In this document: positions 59,244 through 64,000 of the stretch, piece after piece | Numbering within the stretch: the stretch's first letter is position 1 | Layout: each line of letters starts with the position of its first letter | From: a virus | Length of the DNA stretch: 64,000 bases | Reading direction: 5' to 3' (one strand) | Virus record (IMG/VR): IMGVR_UViG_3300023184_004051 | Location: 32,001 to 96,000 of that record | Program-made: the position numbers and the translations under genes | The notes under the pieces: generated by a model | Databases searched by the model: none | What the model was told of the DNA's origin: nothing | What the model saw: the letters and a program-made list of their open reading frames with translations, nothing else

Positions 59244-59840
59244 ATGTCTGCCAATCCTTTCCAAACCAGCGAGTTACTGAAATCGCTATCAAACTACCCC
59301 GTTTCCAAAGGTGGAGACTTACCCGGTCACGAGTTTCACGGAAACCAACACACAGGTGGCATTGGTGGTGGTGGTGGGGATGCCCGTCAGTCTGACCCCG
59401 GGCGCAACAGCAATCCGGGTCGGAACCAAGCCAGCACCCAAAGCAACGGACTTGGAAGCAAAATCCGTGCCAAACTCTCCCAAATCAACCATTTCGGTGC
59501 TACGAAAGAGGAATGGGATAAAAAACAGGCAGCCGCCGACAAGATAAGTAGGGCGCACCACGCGGCAGAGGCAGAGAAGGAACGTAGGATAAACAACGAG
59601 TTGGCTTACCACGACCGCCTCGTGCAGGTCGCTGACAAATACAAAGAAGAATGGCGACGGACTGGTGACAAAAGGGCGCTTGACAAACACGACGAACTGA
59701 AAGCGGAGTTCCACGCAGGTAAGCACTTGGCCTTCACCTTGAACACAGACAAAGAGCGCAAATACGGCACGAACATAGACTTCTCGGTGGGTGAAGAAAT
59801 CACACCAGACAAAATGCCCAAGTATGTCCCCTTCTCGTGA
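59244..59840 (+). CDS. Tagged helical protein
   Basis: MSANPF..LLKS..NYPVSKGGDLPGHEFHGNQH. Confidence 0.7.
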   Translation: MSANPFQTSELLKSLSNYPVSKGGDLPGHEFHGNQHTGGIGGGGGDARQSDPGRNSNPGRNQASTQSNGLGSKIRAKLSQINHFGATKEEWDKKQAAADKISRAHHAAEAEKERRINNELAYHDRLVQVADKYKEEWRRTGDKRALDKHDELKAEFHAGKHLAFTLNTDKERKYGTNIDFSVGEEITPDKMPKYVPFS

Positions 59841-60055
59841 CTCAATGGTGGTCGTGGTGCTTAGACGGCCTCGGCTTGACTTGCACCTACCTAGTTGGTA
59901 GAAAGTTCTGGTGGGGTTGGCTCTGCTATCAGGGCTACAACCTCATTTGGATTACTTACGCCATCACCACACGGCAATGGGGCTTCATCCCCGGCTGCAT
60001 CGTCTATGCCACCCTCAACCACAAGAATATGAGGTCTTGGCGCAAGGGCGCTTGA
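59837..60055 (+). CDS. Small 3-TM membrane protein (PnuC-fragment-like)
   Basis: YLVGRKFWWGW..NLIWITYA..QWGFI. Confidence 0.6.
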   Translation: MTQWWSWCLDGLGLTCTYLVGRKFWWGWLCYQGYNLIWITYAITTRQWGFIPGCIVYATLNHKNMRSWRKGA

Positions 60056-60089
60056 CAGATAACACTAAACCCCGATAGTGTGAGGGGCA

Positions 60090-60497
60090 ATGACCTCCCC
60101 CTTCAATGAAGTGCCGAGCGAACCCGAATACCCTGACCCCTCGCTGATTGCCTCGATTGAGCATCAAGCCGAGAAGTTGGGCTACCTAGTGAAAAAGGTA
60201 GAGGACTTGTTCGCCAAGCGTGCGCGTGAAGCACGACACATTGCCCTGTTTCAGCACGGGTTAGAGAACATCTACATCCTTCGCAAGTGGACTAATGGTG
60301 AAATCAACGACGAGGAAGCCGCCGAGTTGCAGGCTCAACTTGCCGAGCGCACCTCTGCGATGCACGATGAGGTCAAAGACCTTTTCACCACGAATATGAA
60401 CCGCCTCAACGAAATAGTGCTTCGCCATCTTGATATCGGCAAGGGTTCAGCGAGCGAGTTGGACAACTTCCTCAACGAGATGTTCCGAGGCGAATAA
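60090..60497 (+). CDS. Hypothetical helical protein
   Basis: Promoter TTGACA-N18-TAGTGT just upstream. Confidence 0.6.
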   Translation: MTSPFNEVPSEPEYPDPSLIASIEHQAEKLGYLVKKVEDLFAKRAREARHIALFQHGLENIYILRKWTNGEINDEEAAELQAQLAERTSAMHDEVKDLFTTNMNRLNEIVLRHLDIGKGSASELDNFLNEMFRGE

Positions 60498-60643
60498 TGA
60501 GTCAGCAAGAGAACACGGACACTTGCCAACTCTGCGGCCATTTGCTTTATCACCACAATCCAAAATGCGGGTTCAATCCGTGGTGGGTCAACAGCAATGG
60601 CGAAAAAGTCAACCCGTGTCAATGTGAAGGAGAACAACAATGA
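60497..60643 (+). CDS. Small 48-aa Cys/His protein (not in ORF track)
   Basis: TAATG and ATGA couplings on either side; CQLCGH..H..C..CQC. Confidence 0.5.
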   Translation: MSQQENTDTCQLCGHLLYHHNPKCGFNPWWVNSNGEKVNPCQCEGEQQ

Positions 60644-60936
60644 GCCTAGAGAACGACATCAGCCGCATCAGGGAACTTTTGGAAGTCGTCACGGAGGTTG
60701 TAGTGGAAAAAGCCGACAACAAGCCTGCTTGCCTGTGCCAGCCACCGGAGAACAACGAGGCAAACATTGAGTATCTGTCGCCATACAACGACGGTGCTGA
60801 AATGATTGAGGAACTTCGGGATTGGCTCGCCAGCCAAATCAACTTCGCCTACCAAGCCCAATCAGACACCCTCGCCTTCCAAACCACTTTGGATATGTTG
60901 AACGAAATCGTGAACAAACGGGCGCTGAGTCACTGA
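60640..60936 (+). CDS. Hypothetical protein
   Basis: AAGGAG RBS. Confidence 0.55.
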   Translation: MSLENDISRIRELLEVVTEVVVEKADNKPACLCQPPENNEANIEYLSPYNDGAEMIEELRDWLASQINFAYQAQSDTLAFQTTLDMLNEIVNKRALSH

Positions 60937-61024
60937 TTTCGGCAAAGAAAACACAACCCCCCTATTGCATAGGAGCGTGGATTTGTGTATGCTTCACCTC
61001 TAGCCGACTGCAAAAGGAGAACCA

Positions 61025-61276
61025 ATGACCATTGCATCACCTTGGAACGACGAGAGCGACTACCACACCCCACAGTCGCAGTTTGGGGAGTTCATCGTCG
61101 TCACCCCCGCAGGTGAAGTGAGTTTCCTCCCCGAAGGAAGCATCATCTTGCCTGTTGCCGAGATGAGCGTTGCCGAAAAGAATGAAGCGGTCACGCTCAT
61201 CAGTAAGCCAACCGAGGCTCGTCACACTTGGGCGCTGAAGGCTCGTACCGACGCTTGGGTGCGGAACGGTCACTGA
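61025..61276 (+). CDS. Hypothetical protein
   Basis: AAGGAG RBS; TTGCAT-N17-TATGCT promoter upstream. Confidence 0.55.
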   Translation: MTIASPWNDESDYHTPQSQFGEFIVVTPAGEVSFLPEGSIILPVAEMSVAEKNEAVTLISKPTEARHTWALKARTDAWVRNGH

Positions 61277-61282
61277 CCCCGA

Positions 61283-61540
61283 ATGGCAATCACCACTTGT
61301 ATCTGTGGCGAGGAAATCGCAACCGTGTATGGCGATGGTGAAAACCTGTCCGTATGGTGGCATACCGCATACGCACGACCTGAGTGCCTGTCCTCCCAAA
61401 TAGCAACACCAGCCGTTCCCGAAACATTGCCAACTGTTGAGTGTGAGTGTGGTGAAAAGTTTGTTGGCTCAACACGAAAGCACGACCTCGCAATGCACCG
61501 AGATGCCTGTAAATGGGGAGATGAATGGCTGACCTCGTAA
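61283..61540 (+). CDS. Small double zinc-finger protein
   Basis: CICG..H..C and CECG..H..C. Confidence 0.55.
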   Translation: MAITTCICGEEIATVYGDGENLSVWWHTAYARPECLSSQIATPAVPETLPTVECECGEKFVGSTRKHDLAMHRDACKWGDEWLTS

Positions 61541-61740
61541 ATCACCCACCGCACTACACGAGCGACCCATCAGGCGTGGAGTGCATCACCATCACCCAAC
61601 ATCGGAACTTCTGCGTCGGCAACGCCATCAAGTATCTGTGGCGAGCAGGACTCAAAGACGACACCAAAACCATTGAGGACTTGCAAAAGGCCGTGTTCTA
61701 CATCAACCAAGAAATCAAGCGGCTAGGAGGCAAACCGTGA
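61525..61740 (+). CDS. DUF3310 protein
   Basis: VNHPPHY..ECI..FCVGNAIKYLWRAGLK..EDLQKAVFYI. Confidence 0.85.
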   Translation: MADLVNHPPHYTSDPSGVECITITQHRNFCVGNAIKYLWRAGLKDDTKTIEDLQKAVFYINQEIKRLGGKP

Positions 61741-61934
61741 ACAGAGAGTGGTGGAAAGTTAGACAAGAAGCCGAGGCAGCAGCCCAAACCAACCAGCCAT
61801 CCGGCATTGACGGACTGAAGGAACACCTCCGCCACAAAGAAGCCGAACTCGCCTATCTCAAAAGGCAGAAGGCAATGGTCAAGTTTGAGGTCAAGGCGCT
61901 TCGCCGGTTGGTGGAAAACTATGACCAGCAATAG
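61737..61934 (+). CDS. Hypothetical coiled-coil protein
   Basis: GGAGG RBS, GTGA overlap. Confidence 0.55.
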   Translation: MNREWWKVRQEAEAAAQTNQPSGIDGLKEHLRHKEAELAYLKRQKAMVKFEVKALRRLVENYDQQ

Positions 61935-62205
61935 TATGCAGCGCAACAGTATGAACCAAGCCGAGCGTAGTGAAATGCGAGCCAAGCACATCTTGGAGAC
62001 ATACGAGGACAGAGTAACTAAGCAAGAAGTTGAAACCTGCGGTCATTGCTGCCTTGATGAGTGGCCCTGCGATGTAATCAAGGTGCTTGACGCTACTGAG
62101 CCACCGTGCGACCACGTTGAAGGTGGCGAAATCCCTCACACCACCGAAGGCATCAACGTTTGGCTCCACTTCACCTACTGCCCCTTGTGTGGAGAGAAAC
62201 TATGA
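61921..62205 (+). CDS. Zinc-finger protein
   Basis: CGHC..WPC and CDH..YCPLCGEKL. Confidence 0.55.
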   Translation: MTSNSMQRNSMNQAERSEMRAKHILETYEDRVTKQEVETCGHCCLDEWPCDVIKVLDATEPPCDHVEGGEIPHTTEGINVWLHFTYCPLCGEKL

Positions 62206-62543
62206 ACCAGCAAGAACAAAATGAAGTTCGGGCGTTGTATTATTTTTGGGAAAACAGCCTGAACAACCGTACACAGGAAGCGTCATCTGTAGACGCTTGG
62301 GAAGCCGTAGCGAACACTAACCCCGATAATGTTAGCCAAGGCGACCTAGTGAAAAAGGCGCGGCGTTTGCTCGCAGAGGTCACGCCAGAGGAATACGGCC
62401 TTGCTTACGCACAGGGATACCAAGTGGCAATCCAAGACCTTTTAGGCGATGTCGTTTTGGAGGAAGCCACTCCTACAGGTGCAACTTTCTCCAAAGGCGA
62501 ACACCAACCCCCTGCAAAATACCCAACTAGGGGGGAGAAGTAA
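62202..62543 (+). CDS. Hypothetical protein
   Basis: ATGA overlap. Confidence 0.5.
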   Translation: MNQQEQNEVRALYYFWENSLNNRTQEASSVDAWEAVANTNPDNVSQGDLVKKARRLLAEVTPEEYGLAYAQGYQVAIQDLLGDVVLEEATPTGATFSKGEHQPPAKYPTRGEK

Positions 62544-62607
62544 TGGATACGCCTTCAATGATTTTCACCATCTGCATTATCTGGCTTCTTGTTATTGCGG
62601 CGATGCG

Positions 62608-62814
62608 ATGACAACGGCACAAAATCGAGCCGAGGAACTCCTTTTGGAACTCATCTATGAGCGAGTGCTGGTTAGTGCGCCAACCAAGATTGAAGAACTG
62701 GATTACCCGGCTAGTGACCATTACAAGGGCTACTACGAAGGTTGGTGGGAAGCGGTAGAGGCGCTACGGAACACCATTGACAACCATAACGAGGGCAACG
62801 GGTATCGCAAATGA
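62608..62814 (+). CDS. Hypothetical protein
   Basis: ATGA couplings; YKGYYEGW motif. Confidence 0.5.
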   Translation: MTTAQNRAEELLLELIYERVLVSAPTKIEELDYPASDHYKGYYEGWWEAVEALRNTIDNHNEGNGYRK

Positions 62815-63284
62815 GCCGCCAACAGGACATCGCCAACGCACAGAACCCTGAAGGTGAAAAGCGCCTTGCCCGCATCCTGAACCGCCACATCGGTTGGTCG
62901 GAGCAGGGTTGGTCATCCATCTCTTGTGAAAAGTTGCCACCCTCCTACTACCTTGACTTCTGCATCGTGCGTGACAACCGCTATGTCGAGGCGTGGTTAG
63001 AGGTGAAAGAGCGTGGAGCGTTCTACGGCGACTGGCTTTTCCCGCTTGCAAAGTGGATACGAGGTTTGGAACTTGCTGAAATGAGTGACAAACCGTTCTA
63101 CATTTGCTTCTCTTACCCTGACAAGATTTCAGCAGACGAGCGCATCTGCTATTTGGAAGTCAACAAAGAGATGAAGCCACCTGTGGTTTGGGCGGGGCGC
63201 AAAGACCGAGGCTACGAGAACGATATGTTCCCTCACATTGAGTTGCCCCACAAGTGGTTCACAGATATCTCAGACTTGGGATAG
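62811..63284 (+). CDS. PD-(D/E)XK restriction-endonuclease-fold protein
   Basis: E..YYLDF..AWLEVKER..KW. Confidence 0.65.
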   Translation: MSRQQDIANAQNPEGEKRLARILNRHIGWSEQGWSSISCEKLPPSYYLDFCIVRDNRYVEAWLEVKERGAFYGDWLFPLAKWIRGLELAEMSDKPFYICFSYPDKISADERICYLEVNKEMKPPVVWAGRKDRGYENDMFPHIELPHKWFTDISDLG

Positions 63285-63309
63285 GGTTTCACCACTGAAC
63301 TAAAGGAGA

Positions 63310-63543
63310 GTGAGGCAACCAATGTTCACCATTTTCTGCCAATCACACGGCAAAGAGGAAGTCTGTCCAAGCGAGCCTTACAAGGTCTGCCCTGAGTGCT
63401 TCCACATCTTTCATACCCCTGAGGCGCTGCTAGCCGACGCAAACATCGAACGCTTGCAGATAACCCCGAGTAGTGAAAATGTCACGCTCATCACGGACAC
63501 GGAAGCCGTGTTGTCCTGTCCGCATTGCGTTCACGACTTCTAA
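63310..63543 (+). CDS. Small zinc-finger protein
   Basis: C..H, CPECFH, CPHCVHDF; AAGGAG RBS. Confidence 0.55.
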   Translation: MRQPMFTIFCQSHGKEEVCPSEPYKVCPECFHIFHTPEALLADANIERLQITPSSENVTLITDTEAVLSCPHCVHDF

Positions 63544-63553
63544 GGAGGGCTTG

Positions 63554-63841
63554 ATGTCTGCTGAAATGTCTTACGAGGACTTGGCGCTTAGGTTTTTGTA
63601 TTTAGCCAACAACAGCGGCGTGAACTACGGGCAAGGAAATCGCTATCTAGCCGAGGCTCAGGTCTGGGCGACCCTTCACCTCGCAAAAGCGATGGGCAAC
63701 ATAGCAGAAACTCACCAAACTGATGAGTTTGCGCTATGTCAGCACCGCACCCTCAATACCCATAAGATTGAGAACGATGTTGCCGACGGGTTTTGGACTG
63801 AACTCAACACTTACTGCCCGCAATGTGGTGAAAAGTTATGA
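63554..63841 (+). CDS. Hypothetical protein with C-terminal zinc ribbon
   Basis: AAGGAGG RBS; CQH..YCPQCGEKL. Confidence 0.55.
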   Translation: MSAEMSYEDLALRFLYLANNSGVNYGQGNRYLAEAQVWATLHLAKAMGNIAETHQTDEFALCQHRTLNTHKIENDVADGFWTELNTYCPQCGEKL

Positions 63842-63996
63842 CAAGCCGCTTGATGAGAAACTTCTACTTCTTTGCGAAGCGCCAAGCCGCACGAGTAGCC
63901 TGCCTGTTCGGTCACCACAATCACAAGATGGGCGTTCCGGCTAAGGGTGGCGGCGGTTTCGGATGCCTGTGGTGTAAAAAGCCCCCAAAAAAGTAG
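63838..63996 (+). CDS. Small 52-aa protein, CLFGH..CLWC (DUF1660-like; not in ORF track)
   Basis: ATGA overlap; open to TAG at 63996. Confidence 0.45.
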   Translation: MTSRLMRNFYFFAKRQAARVACLFGHHNHKMGVPAKGGGGFGCLWCKKPPKK

Positions 63997-64000
63997 TTCC

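Noticed and set aside
632-59351. Treating the KGDxPGHxFxGNQ copies as a DNA repeat or mobile element
   Set aside because: Synonymous positions differ between copies and all are in the same coding frame, so the conservation is at the protein level.
62811-63284. Restriction endonuclease partnering the MTases (complete R-M system)
   Set aside because: It lies 54 kb from the MTases, and the PD-(D/E)XK fold alone does not imply restriction function.
1-64000. tRNA/rRNA genes, integrase, IS elements, diversity-generating retroelement
   Set aside because: No cloverleaf or rRNA sequence, recombinase/transposase/RT motifs, or TR-VR pair noticed by eye; not excluded without computation.

Overview
This window is a 64-kb segment of a tailed dsDNA phage genome (siphovirus-like: tail tube, frameshifted chaperone, tape measure). 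The host is most likely actinobacterial, inferred from an Rpf-like transglycosylase and many leaderless TANNNT-N6/7-ATG gene starts. Almost all genes are on the + strand. From left to right it carries: two multi-domain effector-like proteins, Rpf, three DNA methyltransferases, LexA-like and RecB-like genes, scaffold/decoration/major capsid, a nucleotide-metabolism insert, head-tail and tail genes with very large Thr/Ser/Gly-rich minor tail proteins, holin-like genes, recombination/replication genes (Gam-like, AAA_24, initiator with internal iteron origin, G39P-like), an orphan fibre gene, a HARP/SNF2 helicase, a tandem ParB-domain gene and many small ORFs. I did not recognise terminase, portal, prohead protease or a canonical endolysin. 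Main signals: (1) five unrelated ORFs share six copies of the peptide tag KGDxPGHxFxGNQ in front of toxin-like domains (two ADP-ribosyltransferase types, GNAT, zincin), suggesting a tagged virion-cargo/effector system. (2) The C5-methyltransferase gene uses all three forward frames, including an HNH endonuclease inserted between motifs IX and X with the host frame left open. (3) The 8-mer TAGTGAAA occurs at least 62 times by manual tally against about 1 expected, while GATC/CATG/AGCT/AATT/TTAA appear to be avoided. All protein calls come from motif recognition by eye; no database searches were run.
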